NCBI GenBank assembly: GCA_002633005.1
Contig: NMRA01000030.1
Coordinates: 1,023,106-1,087,105 of the forward strand
Reading direction: 5' to 3'
DNA from: Phoronis australis
Taxonomy: Eukaryota; Animalia; Phoronida
DNA length: 64,000 nucleotides
Each line of letters starts with the position of its first letter. The stretch's first letter is position 1. This document shows positions 50,442 to 62,407 of the stretch, in pieces. Below the pieces are notes generated by a model, which was given only the letters and a program-made list of their open reading frames with translations, was not told where the DNA came from and searched no databases. The position numbers and the translations under genes are program-made.

Positions 50442-52457
50442 GTAGGGAATTACGTGATGATTTTTGGTTGCAAAATGTTTGGTTACAATTTTAAATATCG
50501 CTTCACTAGCGCATCTAGGGTGTAGTAAAGGATGGGTACCTCAAAGTTCAAAGGACCAGTGTTTTTCAGTTCTTAAAGTCCCTCTCTCACGCGTTGTTAA
50601 CACTTATTACATGGTTAGAGGATGTTATAAGGATCCAAGAAGTACTTACCCCATAACTAATACACAATCCGTACTCGAAAAAAGTTTATATGAACGCGCC
50701 ACTCACGATTCGCACCCGAAGAACGACCGCCATTTAGAACTTGCCGCGAACCCGGAAGTACAATTCCTTCAGGAACCCAGGCCGAGAAAACGCGGTCAGT
50801 GCGACTGGAGCAGTGCCTGTACTGTTACCAGCCAGCAAACGGGGATAAAATAATCGACAGCGCGCCTTAATTTTAATAAAATCAAACTACGAACAATTTT
50901 ATCGAATTGCTGAAGAAATCTGGCGAATAAATTTTGACTGAAATTATTTTGCCAGACTCGGGACCGCAGCCTATCGGACCCGGTGCGGATCGAGACCAGA
51001 CACTGGCGAACGGTAAATGCATACGGTTGCAAGCTGTTTTGTCGAAGTAAAATGGTCAAATCAGAAATTCTGCATATATTCAAGGGTAGTTTCAGACACT
51101 TGCATGAAAATGCGGGCTGGTTAGTCCTGTGTCACACTGCCGCGGCAGACCTTAGTTAGCCTCAGTCACCAGCTACCAGTGAAGACTATTGTCAAAATAC
51201 AGCTTGTTAGTAGGCCTATACATCTTCGCGCCAAGGCTATCCTTAGGCCAAACTGATCGCTGGCCACAGCGCTCACTCAAACAAGGTTTATTTAGAACTT
51301 GGGTACTTCTGGCGAACTGTGCAAAGTTGTTGGCTTTCAACAGAGATTTTCCCAGACTTTGTATGAGCGCACCAAGCCTAAAAGAATGGGGGGTGGGGGT
51401 GGAATTTTTGGGAATGTCTATCTTTTACTATAAGATTCAGTGGGTATGTTCAGAGCTATGAATTGCAGACTCTAAATTTTGGTACTTCCTGTCTTCTAGT
51501 GGAATATTGTCTCATTTTCTACTTTTTTCGGAATTCGTGCTTTTGTGACTGAGGCAGACCTTTTTCCAGTTCTCCAGGAAGGGGGATCGCTCGAGCACAT
51601 AAGTATGACAAGTCCAATACAACATATTATCATTTTTTATTCATTAACCCAAAATGATTCAAACTTTTAACATAATAAGTAACTTAAAATGCACAATACT
51701 TAACAACATTTAGCATTACAAACACTATTCAACAGCAACAGTTTCCATGATATGAAAGTGGACATACATGTAACTATTACCATGGTGACGGAATAGTGTT
51801 TCCTTACAGCAGAATTTGACAAGCACCATTTAAAAAAATATGAAGTTGCAAGGAACAAGACTTAGAGGCTTGAAGCTTCACAATCCAACATAGCTTATTT
51901 CTCAAATTAAGATTATTCATATTGTTGACTTGATAACCTCACAGAGAAGGGACAAATACTGTTAAAAAATCGCTTTTGGCAAGAAAGTCGAAAAGAATAT
52001 AAAGAAAGGTTGTCGAAAATAAGAATTTTTGTAGTAAGTATTTTCGGATACTGGAACCACATGGGCAGTTTGAGAGAAGGACTTTAAAGGGATATGTAGC
52101 GAGTTTGTTTAATCGAGACCGGGTCTCCCATATCCCACTTAGTCCCCTTGTCTATCTTTCATTCGCGTCTATGATTTTTTCATTATTATGAATTTTAAAG
52201 GCTGTGGTCTACGCATTTATATGAGGTGTTCTTGCCACAAGTCGAGAGTGTTGCACCCGTTGGTGTATATTGCCATCACCTTCGCCTGCCCGTCCCGATC
52301 TATATGTATATATGTTACTTAACGTACGTGATGATGCCTGTCACCACGTACGTTGTATAACAAGTTTTTATACCACAAAATTAGCCTCAAATGACAAAAA
52401 CAACCGTGTAATAACCCATTTGGTTATCTCACTAGTGAGATAACATTTTGGCGGGAA

Positions 52458-52526
52458 ACCGAGGCCGGTTTCGAAACCGGGCCTCAAGAGTCTCAGGTCG
52501 CCGACTTTACCACTACATCACTCAGC
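52458..52526 (-). repeat. tRNA-derived (SINE-head-like) sequence
   Basis: Minus strand A box TGATGTAGTGG, B box GGTTTCGAAACC, acceptor-like gctgag/ctcggt; anticodon stem does not pair. Confidence 0.6.
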
Positions 52527-53015
52527 GGCTGACGTCATCGAGCGTGAAAATAGAATACTTAAATGAGCACCCGCAATAATAATATGAAAAATAAGACGCA
52601 TAATTTCCATAAAAACGATGTCTTAATTCTGTGAAAACATTCTCTCATGTTCTCTCACTTGTAAGCCACCGATCTCCAATTTGAATGCGGGTATCGTCTC
52701 GTTCGTCTCGTGGGGATCCTTTGACTTGAGCGTTATACTCGGTTACCATTGGTAACCTACTTTAGCAGACGATAGTTTCCTGGTCGAAGCTTAGCGTGTT
52801 AAAATGTTTTAAGGTATGATAGTTGGTAAACCTTAATTTATAAATTCTCAAGCGGTTTTGATTAAAAGCATTATTTGACAAAATTAGCTCGGCTTTTCTT
52901 AAAAGGTCAGGACCTCCGATCCCGGGCCTCTGACATAGGAAGTAGTTACAAAGCCGAGGCGAGTCGAGAAAGGTAAATCGATTCATTGCAATGTTTCTCG
53001 TTTAGTATGTGGTAT

Positions 53016-53183
53016 AAATAGATTATTACATGTTCTCAGCCGTTATCCTCCTTTTCTAAAGCCCTCGTGGATTTTGTAGAATTATCACCCTCGGGGCTAA
53101 CGACCGTGGGGCGACAATTTTCCAAAATCCACTCGGGCTCTAGATAACGGGGGATAACGACTTCGCCAAGTAATGATCTATAT
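53016..53183. repeat. Palindromic hairpin element (MITE-like)
   Basis: gccctcgtggattttgtagaattatcaccctcgg ... ccgtggggcgacaattttccaaaatccactcgggc with outer ccgttatc/gataacgg arms. Confidence 0.7.
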
Positions 53184-54199
53184 ATCATACATGTCGCTTG
53201 AATTATTTTTAAGACGCGCATTTACACGAATCTTCAGAGAGCTAAGCGGTCGCATCTGTTTATATGTCGTTGCAGAATAGCAAAGAAATTTGAACTCATA
53301 AATTATATGTTTATTCCACGTAAAATAGAAGAATTATAAACTAATCAAAATACGGAAGAAATTTAGCATGCAATAAAGACTTAACAGACAAATAGTCTTC
53401 TGCTACTTGTACTACCGGACCGGCAGTAAGTTGAGCAGAAGATCGGAATAAGGCATCGTGTTAAAGAAGATAATTACTTGTTAAAATTTCACTGACATAA
53501 TAAAACAATATCATAATACAAAACTATTAACGATGTTATTTGCCTACATTGACTAAATACAATACAGCTCGGACCTGGCCGAAGGTTATGATTTCGGCAC
53601 TTGGCGTAGTAATATGTTTACCATAGCAAAGATTCATTCATGACTAGTTGCCCAAATGAGGTCGCTGTATCGTTTAGGTTGTGTGTTTGCGTACTTTAGA
53701 AAACACTGTCTTTATGTTAATTTTCATCAAGTTTGTTGAAATTAAAATTTTAGTCGGTATTTGACCGATATGTTTATGATTTGTGCTATACATTTGGTCC
53801 AAGTGTCATTTGCAATATGTTTTTCACTCATTGGTGTCACCAACACCAGTGCAGAATTGTGAGCCGTGAGCGATATAATATAAAGAGATGAGTTCACGTC
53901 TATGCCGTAATCCTGGCAGCACTACCAGGTTTATTTGTTGATAATTTTATTTTAAACTTAACAATTGTAAATTGAATTGAGCTTTTGTAAAAACCGTTCA
54001 AGGTAGAATCTAATAAATACTCATTGCAATTGTAACATTAAAACTTAACAAATGTTTTTAAGTCAGTAATGCTTCCCCGCGCGTGAGCACTGAGTTAACC
54101 TTGAGACAACACAGCTAGTTAGTCTCATCGCGTGGTTTTTTGAGTTGGTGATCGTCTCTGTTTGAATGAACGTGGATATGGAATTCACCGCCCAAGATG

Positions 54200-55700
54200 G
54201 GTCCGTTTAAGAAGTTATTTGCATGCCATTCCGACTGGTTGTACGTACATGATGCTGCTTTGGATATCATATTGTGGTGTGCCGGATTGTTCAAAGGGAA
54301 GATTCAAATATTGGAAATATTGCGGTGCTGAGCTTTGTGATTCGCTTATGTAATATCAAAAATTACGTACTTTGTGCAATTAACCAATCCTGTCGTAACA
54401 CATTCCAAGTGAGAAATCAAGTTATTTCATGGATCGTCGTGAAATTCAGCATACATGTTTTAGTTGAGAACACTAAAACTGACATTACATTTGAGACCAG
54501 AACGACAACTGTGTTGTCATATTGTGACAATGTTTATTTCTTTGAGCATACCTAATGTTTCCGAATGGAGCATCATGAAGTTTGTCAAAAACTTACCACC
54601 CCATTTTAGACGGATCATACAAATTCTGTGCCACCTGATGGTGTGTCTGTTGCTGTCGTCCGCCTCCCCAACATCACCAAACTGCTTGAAGAACCTTCTT
54701 AGGGAGCATAGCCGTTCGTTTTCTGACACATCCAACTAAGGGGGATTTTAGTCTTATGTGCGCTTACCTGGATTATAGATCTATTTTAGTTTGCCGAATC
54801 TTCATCTGTTCATGAAATTAAAGAGATCTGCGTCTGTCATTTATTTTCTGAAAAAAGTTTCTACCTGCCTCAATATCCTCCGTGCTTCTTTATGGATCTT
54901 CATGGAGTTTAGCAAATGCGTTGCTATTGAGAAGACGACTGTTGGGATTGATGTTCATGGATCTGACTAACTGGCGTGCTCTTGTGGGAGTTTCAGTTAT
55001 CTTTGTAACTACACTCCTGTGACGGATCTTCATAAAATTTGGGAAACTATGTCGAAAACAAGGATTTTGTTTGAAAGGGTCAGGTGAATGATATTTTCTC
55101 TCGAGGCAACTTTTGGTATTTGCCTCCGTGTCTCTTAAACCAGTTACGAAATGTAAATCTGCTGATTTGCTGGAATGAGCTACGTGGAATTTAGCCCTTG
55201 TATTTCTTTTCCAAATATGACGAAACTTCCTATTTCTTGGACAAATGCCACTATTACTGGCTGTGTAGTGGCAATTGCCCTTCCTAATGCCCACGATTGT
55301 ATTTACCTGATTCATCAGTTTTCGGGAAATTGAATTTATGGACGAGGGAAGGAGTGAGAGAAACTGGGAGGACACTTCGGTGCCCTCCTTTGAGCAAAGA
55401 ATAACCCAAACGACAAGAAATTCGCCCCTTTTTCTGGCATCGAACTTTTATGCCTAAACTTCATTTGCCTTGCACGTATAAGCATCACTTGTCCCACAGA
55501 TCAGGAACGGTACACGAATGTGGGTCAGGTTGGACACACAGGACGTCGTCACTTTACCCTTTTCAACCACGAAGTTGGTAAATTTCTGGCATATTTTACC
55601 AATAATCCAACACCTTGATTTATTTGCAGAAAACCAGAGAATCCATTTACAGCAATTTGTTACAATGATACTGGTCATTCTTTACTGGTCTAGAGTAGAT
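54200..55700 (-). mobile_element. Possible decayed EnSpm/CACTA accessory ORF (CIDE-N/PB1-like start, SAMD3-like body)
   Basis: VILCSKEGTEVSSQFLSLLP, FPNF...TPTRARQLVRSM, FQKINDRRR; no termini identified. Confidence 0.35.
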
Positions 55701-55798
55701 TAATAAGGACGTCGTGATTGTTAGTGTGATAAACTCTTTTGAGACAATTTGTGTCTAATATGTACAAGATTTATTGACCTGAAGATTTTCTATTAAAG

Positions 55799-55996
55799 TG
55801 AAAACGAAATCGACGTGGGGAGAGTGGCAGCCGTGGACTAGGTGTGACGTTACGTGTGGTCCTGGGGTACAGAGAAGAATGCGTGTGTGCAAAGCCAGTA
55901 ACTGCAGGGAGCTTTCAGTGTTGAGCTGGGATAACATGGAACTTAGAATCTGCAACAAACAACCGTGTCAAACGCCTACATCTGCACCAACGACAG
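55799..55996 (+). CDS. TSR gene 2, exon A3 (TSP1 repeat + Thr/Pro linker)
   Basis: Acceptor ttttctattaaag|, donor G|gtcgta, 198 nt, phase 1-1; KSTWGEWQPWTRCDVTCGPGVQRRMRVCKASNCRELSVLSWDNMELRICNKQPCQTPTSAPTT. Confidence 0.88.
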
Positions 55997-57190
55997 GTCG
56001 TAAAGCGGACGTGATCGTTCTTTTAATTTGGTTTACTATGAATTTAGAATTTTAGATCTCACATATATGTTGCAAAGGGTAGCCATCACAATTATCAACG
56101 AAAAAGTACTTGCTTGAATTCTGAAAACTGCATGAGGAGGATTTTAGTCGAGGCCGGGTCCCCTAGCAAATACCTGAAGACACCAGTAGAAAATTGGAAA
56201 TCTATACTTTCCAACTGTTAACAAAACTCAAAATTTTATGTGTCTCTTTTTAATAGTTCGCGTGTCACTACTACTGGCATTAATGGAAATTTTACTGCTA
56301 AAGCAGGCCTTCGCCACCTACTGCAATGAGGACGATGTCCGTCTTAGTTTTCCCCGGCAAAATTTATTTGAAATGTTTTGCCATTTGTCAGAATATCCTT
56401 AGTGTACGGCAAGTCCACTAAATTATTCTAAATAGTGTTGCATTTTCATAGTCGTGTGTATTGTTTATTTAAGTTAACTATTCCCTGTCAAACATACTTA
56501 GCTCAGTCCAACAGACAGACGGCCGCGGTTCCTCAGTATACGGTCGCGGTTCTTAAATGAATCTCATTTCTGACTTAGTGGCACATCTAAAATGGCGGAA
56601 TATCATCGTGACAATTCAAGATTTGCATGAATTTTCGCCTACGGATCTCCGTGTATGTACCGATGGCTTCGTTATTACATGTACCAACTCTCTATTAACC
56701 GTTGACATCACGTCGATCTTTAACATTTGATACCAGACTTGCCGCTGTTTTTTCCCCTGAACCTCCTATGTTGATATTTAAACAGTCACGCAGTACAGAC
56801 AGCAGATAAAAGTAGCGAAAATTTGCCACCGACGATAAACCCAGAAGTGGTACCTTTCCGTGTATACCTTGACGCCTCACTTACCATCACATCAAAAATG
56901 AGGTTGAATGAGTAAACATATTAGTGGCAAAAAATTCTCAATCAGAGCAACATTAACGTGCATCTGTTTCGGTGGGTATGGAAACCATTACTAATCTTTT
57001 GTTCTAACTTTGTCTGGGTTAGGTGGAATAAAAGTGTTTTCGATGAATAGTGCCTTTATTTGCTCATACAGCAACACGTATTGTGCAGTGATGAATAACC
57101 AATTTTCACTGAAATCACTAGGGCAATGTTAAGTATCGTTTTAATTAAGTGAGAGATATTACCGTCATGCAAATATGTGATGTATTTTAG

Positions 57191-57352
57191 TTGACACAAC
57201 GTCGATGACAATATGGGCACAATGGGACAACTGGACGACTTGTGACGTCACCTGCGGCACCGGAATCCAGACAAAACACAGAGTGTGCCCAACAACTGGT
57301 TGCAAAGGGGTGACGTCATTAAGTAAAAAATGCCAAAGACGGCCCTGCCCTG
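57191..57352 (+). CDS. TSR gene 2, exon C' (paralogue of exon C)
   Basis: Acceptor tgtattttag|, donor G|gtgagc, 162 nt (same length as exon C); WAQWDNWTTCDVTCGTGIQTKHRVCPTTGCKGVTSLSKKCQRRPCP. Confidence 0.93.
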
Positions 57353-57603
57353 GTGAGCATCACAAGTCTGTCAGTGTGTTGCAATACACTGGCATCGATT
57401 GTCAATTTGACATGTTTACATTGTTCGACACCTTAGACAGTCATGAATGCAGATCGCGCGTTGCCCTAATTTCCACAACGGTCTGAAATGCAGTTGAGTT
57501 GTGAGAGTCATTTGGATTAAGTAAGATATATCTATTCAAAAAACATAGGGTATTTATCAAGCAGAAAATATTAGAAAAAGTAACTTAATAACCAAATGAA
57601 ATT

Positions 57604-57776
57604 ATCGCAAACATTTCTAAGCCTAGTCAGCACGCCACCTGTGGCCACATCACGTGACTTAGTATACGTAAGTATAATTTCTGGCCCCACCGGGAAAACT
57701 TTTCAGACTTATATTTATTAGGTCACATGATGTGGCCACAGGTAGCGTGCTGACCAAACTTAAAAATGTTTGGGAT
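57604..57776. repeat. Inverted repeat (~60-bp arms, ~50-bp spacer), MITE-like
   Basis: caaacatttctaagcctagtcagcacgccacctgtggccacatcacgtgac / gtcacatgatgtggccacaggtagcgtgctgaccaaacttaaaaatgtttg. Confidence 0.8.
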
Positions 57777-57969
57777 ACACATTTCTACGCTGGTTTATGA
57801 TTTATATATTTATATAAAATGGTACCGTATTAGGAGGAAATTATTTAATAATATACCAGCTCGGTTACCAGCTAGTGTTAGGGTATCAGCTTTAGCCGGG
57901 TTTACGCTACACATGGGAAGTTACCCTGGTGATACATGCTTAAGTTCGGAAACAAAAATATCACCTAAA

Positions 57970-58660
57970 AACTGTACTGTTATCAATGCTTTTAAGTATT
58001 ATTTGCAATTGTCATCCAATTTTTTGTTTATCGCATTTCATTCTTTGTTCAACGTCAGTATTTATAGTTATTTCATTGCACACAATTGTGATGGGGGTAA
58101 TAACACGAAGTACATACACGCTAAAATGATGTGTCTTTATTACCATACCTCAAATTCACATGTACCGATCTATTTGTGGATGTATGTTTCACGTGTTTAG
58201 CTGTAGTGAACAAAGACCTCAATCAAATTAGCTTGGTGCTGTTCCCATCACAGTAGAGCAAGGGATCGGATTGTTGTGCGAACATGATGTGGCAAAGGGA
58301 AGCGCAGTGGCCTTGGAATGTAGAGTACAGTAGCTTCTGCGGAACACACGTCTCGCACTGTGTTGTCTACCAGCAAATGGAGTGTAAACCACACGTATCC
58401 AGTACCTGACCCTGTATTGCACGCAGATAACGATGTTCAATTGGGTTCATGGAGGATTAGTGGTCGTAGGCAGTAAAGTTCAAAGACCATCGCCCAATAA
58501 AACTCTTTCCTCCCTCTTTCCATTTATGAAGATGAAGGTTTCAACCAATAATTGAGATTTTTAAATAATCATTTACAAAAAGGCATTTCCAATCTTGGGT
58601 TGTGTTTACGTAGTAACCGGTACCTGTAAAAGAGAAAAGAAAAACAACGATCAAATATAC
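57970..58660 (-). mobile_element. Helitron RepHel fragment, copy 2
   Basis: Colinear with 43930-44620; FELYCLRPLILH, YLRAIQGQVLDT, LHLLVDNTVRDVCSAEATVLYIPRPLR; same tttacag| acceptor at 58624. Confidence 0.78.
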
Positions 58661-60329
58661 TTGTGAGCCATTTTGATATATCAGTGTTCACGACCAGTTT
58701 TAACAATGTCGCAGAGTACAGTTCGGTAATGCTAGGACCTCACAAAAATCACGCCTTCTTATTTAAAATACATGGCAACATGTCACGTAATCTTGCGATG
58801 TCTTGCTTTTCAACGAAGACCTATCGTTACTGAACTCAGCGCAGGTTTGCCGGTGCTTTCTTCAGGTTTGTGTAACCTGTAATATAAGGGCTTTTTTGCC
58901 CATAGCAAAGAATGCCTGCCAGGTCGAGTCCTAGTTAGTCTTTCTAACAGGTTAGGATTTTAACTGACTATTGGCATGACACACACAATAACAGGAAATT
59001 GTCACACATGAATGCCATTCTAGACGTGATCAATCTTATTTGATAACTTGAAAATTTTAACCATTAAAAGAAAGTTCCCAGCCGGATCATGTCATTCTGT
59101 ACCAGTCCAATGTGGCAAAAGATTTACCCAGGTAAACATTAACACCTGACGCGATGCGGGAAACCCCGAGCACTTGAAAATTTTTGTATATAATTCAATT
59201 TGATCCCATAATAATCCGCAACAGGACTTAACGCCGAAATGAATGATTAAAACGGGAAACGCGAAACTTTTGAACAGTTGACTCTGTGGGCTAGTAGTTG
59301 TAAGCCTACTCCGGAGACAAAGGGAACCCCGGCGTGACTGCTTGGGCCTTGGTTCGCTTTTTACAAAACATGGACAAAAAGTGGATTTGCTTGTATCTAT
59401 CATTATGGCACTGTACTAAAGGACTGGAATAAAGGTTAAGATCTTGACCACTTACTTCTAACGTAAAAGTACTTTTAACGGGAAGAATAAGCGAGGAACT
59501 CTCACCTCGTCATCGTGGATTCTTAGAACGTCTCTATGAAGCACGCAACCGCAGCACACAGATTACGCCTACGAGGCGGCGAACAGGTGCACAAAAATAC
59601 CGAGGCCGTCGCTTCGCTTTACTCGGATCTAATTCGGACATAGTTTCTGCGAATTCTCTCGCCGCCGAATATTGGACACGCGACCTAGTGGGCGTAAATG
59701 GTAAACGCAGGCCCGCGGATGAATGCCCCCAAATAGTGTTTCGCTTTGAGAAAGTAGCGCGTACGCCGGATCGACTTAGGCTACTACTCATTAAGACGAA
59801 GACAAAAAANAAAAAAAACACGCCGGGACTTGCGACCACAGAACTCGGCGCTTTTCCATCGTGGGAAGAATTGGGAAGGAGGCGTCGGGCGGAGTAGGGT
59901 GACCTCACGGCCGCTTTCGAGTTATATCTGTCCAACGGAGTCGAACGGCAGTTGCAGTGTCAACATCCGGGTTCGAAATTAGCATTTTAATATACAGATA
60001 AAATGAAAGTGTTACTCACAATTTTCTACCAACAAAGTGAAGCATCATACAATTAAATATTGTATAGGTATCTGAAACAAACAATACCTAAGAATTCACT
60101 CTGGTGGACGTCTGAATTCAGATATTTTCACAATATGTCACCAATCTGAAATAATAAATGTTCGCCAAAATTAGGCCTCGTTTTATGGAGATAAAGATTA
60201 ACACTTAATCTACATCTGGCATGCCATTTGTGAACCCAATTCAGTCGTAATGGATCTTGTCACACGGAGACTCGGGTAGGCCTACTTTGCCATGGAGACA
60301 CAACTAGACATATATGTTAATGTTTAAGC

Positions 60330-61400
60330 TTATCCACTTTGAGGCAGCTCAAAGTGGAGAGAATACGGTCAACATGGTATCGTTTTTAGAGCAGAATAGT
60401 TTGTGCCGCCGTAATGTGTAAATCACAATATTCCAAACGTGGCAAAATGTAGATCTGCAATCAAGATCCTAAAACTGTTTAACCTACAAAATAGTCTAAT
60501 TTTCTCAGAAACTTCAGAGAAAATGCAACCTACATGATTGCCCCAGACAACACGTCTCAGTACTCAGAATAGCACCGACGTATTTTATATTTCTCCGGGG
60601 AGGAGTTTTTGACACACGAATCATGGGGGCCATAAACTTGGGATTCTGATAGGAAAGACAGCAAGCAACCATAATTTTTACGTTGAAGCTTTAACCACTG
60701 AGACTTGGGAAAAGTTGATACTAATAGCATTTTCTACTTTCAACTTTTCACTAAAAGCATATAACTACGTGGTGGCACCGGAATACATAGCCTTTTTACG
60801 GTTGTCAATAATACTAGTCCAATCATTAATATAAACAGTTACTGAGTAAAAGGAGTAGATTAGAATAGACTGCTGAGGAATCTCGAAGTTGACAGTGAAG
60901 AAATCTGAATAGTAGCACCTAAAATGTGTACATACAGTTCTATTTGCGAGATATGATCTAAACCACTCCTTTTCCACATTCCTGATGCCATAACCAGTCA
61001 GCTTGTTCAGCCATGCTGGAACGTATCAAAGGCCTTTTTCAGGTCTAAATTGCGGCACCAACAAGGTGTCATCTGTCTACACCGGACGCCAAGTATTTCC
61101 TAACGTCATTGAGAAATGTGGCTGTGAAATGCCCACGTCTAAAACCAGACTTGGAGAAATACCTGACTTTCTTGGCATGGTTCTCTTGTGGTCATCTCTA
61201 ATATTTTTTGTCCCCGACTGGTTTTTTATTTCATACGATTCGTCAGCACTGTCGAACCACACGATTCGGTTAGACACTTATAAAGTCGATATCAATATCT
61301 TTAAGCAATGTCCTGTAATGATCGAGGTCACGTAGGAGACTTTATAAGATGCTTCAATTTCATGCCTTTTAAAGAAAGTATATTTGAAACATGATCACTG
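60330..61400 (-). mobile_element. Decayed CR1/L2-group LINE RT fragment
   Basis: WRPV, LDLKKAFDT, EKEWFRSYLANR, IPQQSIL...VYIND; boundaries approximate. Confidence 0.75.
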
Positions 61401-62257
61401 CCGCCCACATTGTTGCTTCTGACAAGAACAACTCATTAGCCGACACGTGTTTCGCCAACTTGCCAAGAGTGGTCAACACAAAACTGACAATTATATCTAG
61501 CCGTTGGGCGTTGTTTATGTCCTTCAAGTGCATTGTGCGACAGTTCTAACATCTTAAACTTCTGGCTACATCACAAATACCGTGGTAAAGAGTAAGAAAT
61601 ACAATGAAAAAGATCACTTGTCACTCGAGTATGCTAGAACTGAGAGCATGGGTCCACTGCATAAAGTTTGATGCGAGAACGAAAAAAAGCAACCATCATA
61701 GAAAAGTAAACCACTGAAAATGTGTCAAATAAATACACAGATTCTCGAGCCAGGCCGCCATCCGATAACGATGACGTCAAGTCTCACCACCTAAAACGGG
61801 AATTATCTCTTTTAAAGTTAAACGATAATTAAAAGCCAAACAAAACAACTCACAATACATTTGACAACCAACGATAATACCGCGGTAGGTGAGATACCCG
61901 AATTAGGGCGTTGGGACAATTTTGAGCTTCTTCAACGCGGGTTATAGTTATGAATATGTAACTTCCTGATCCATGCCTTTGAAAAATCTTCTTTTTACCA
62001 AAGATCATGGTTTGAAGAATAACAATACTTCAGCGGATTTAACAATTTGAGTTGTAATTAGTGCAACAAAAGTGTACGGATGCAACCCCTTTGGAAGCTT
62101 CTCCAATTACTAAACGTTCTACACGTAATCTTAATGTATTCTACAAACACTTTCCAGTTAATCTGTTTACGTCAATGACACAAACGAGTCTCGCTTACTA
62201 TTGGATCTGAAAACCTGTTGACATGTGACAGTGTTGTGCTTTTTATGACACTTACAG

Positions 62258-62407
62258 GAATATGGAGTGTTTGGCAATCCTGGAGTACATGTACCGTAAT
62301 GTGTGGTCTGGGCATGCAAGAACGGGGCAGAACTTGTAGCACAATAGCGCAGCGCTGTGAAGGAAACCAGAAGGAGTCGAAGTCATGCTTTGGTCAACAG
62401 TGTCCAG
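62258..62407 (+). CDS. TSR gene 2, exon D' (paralogue of exon D)
   Basis: Acceptor gacacttacag|, donor G|gtaact, 150 nt, phase 1-1; GIWSVWQSWSTCTVMCGLGMQERGRTCSTIAQRCEGNQKESKSCFGQQCP. Confidence 0.92.

Noticed and set aside
52458-52526. Functional tRNA gene
   Set aside because: D and anticodon stems do not pair; treated as a tRNA-derived repeat (same for 15161-15213).
58330-58440. RAIQGQVLDTCGLHSIC read as a Polinton/adenain protease, or as a nested host gene exon
   Set aside because: Comparison with the 44 kb copy shows the CG arises from a deletion/frameshift; the motifs fit the Helitron RepHel linker.
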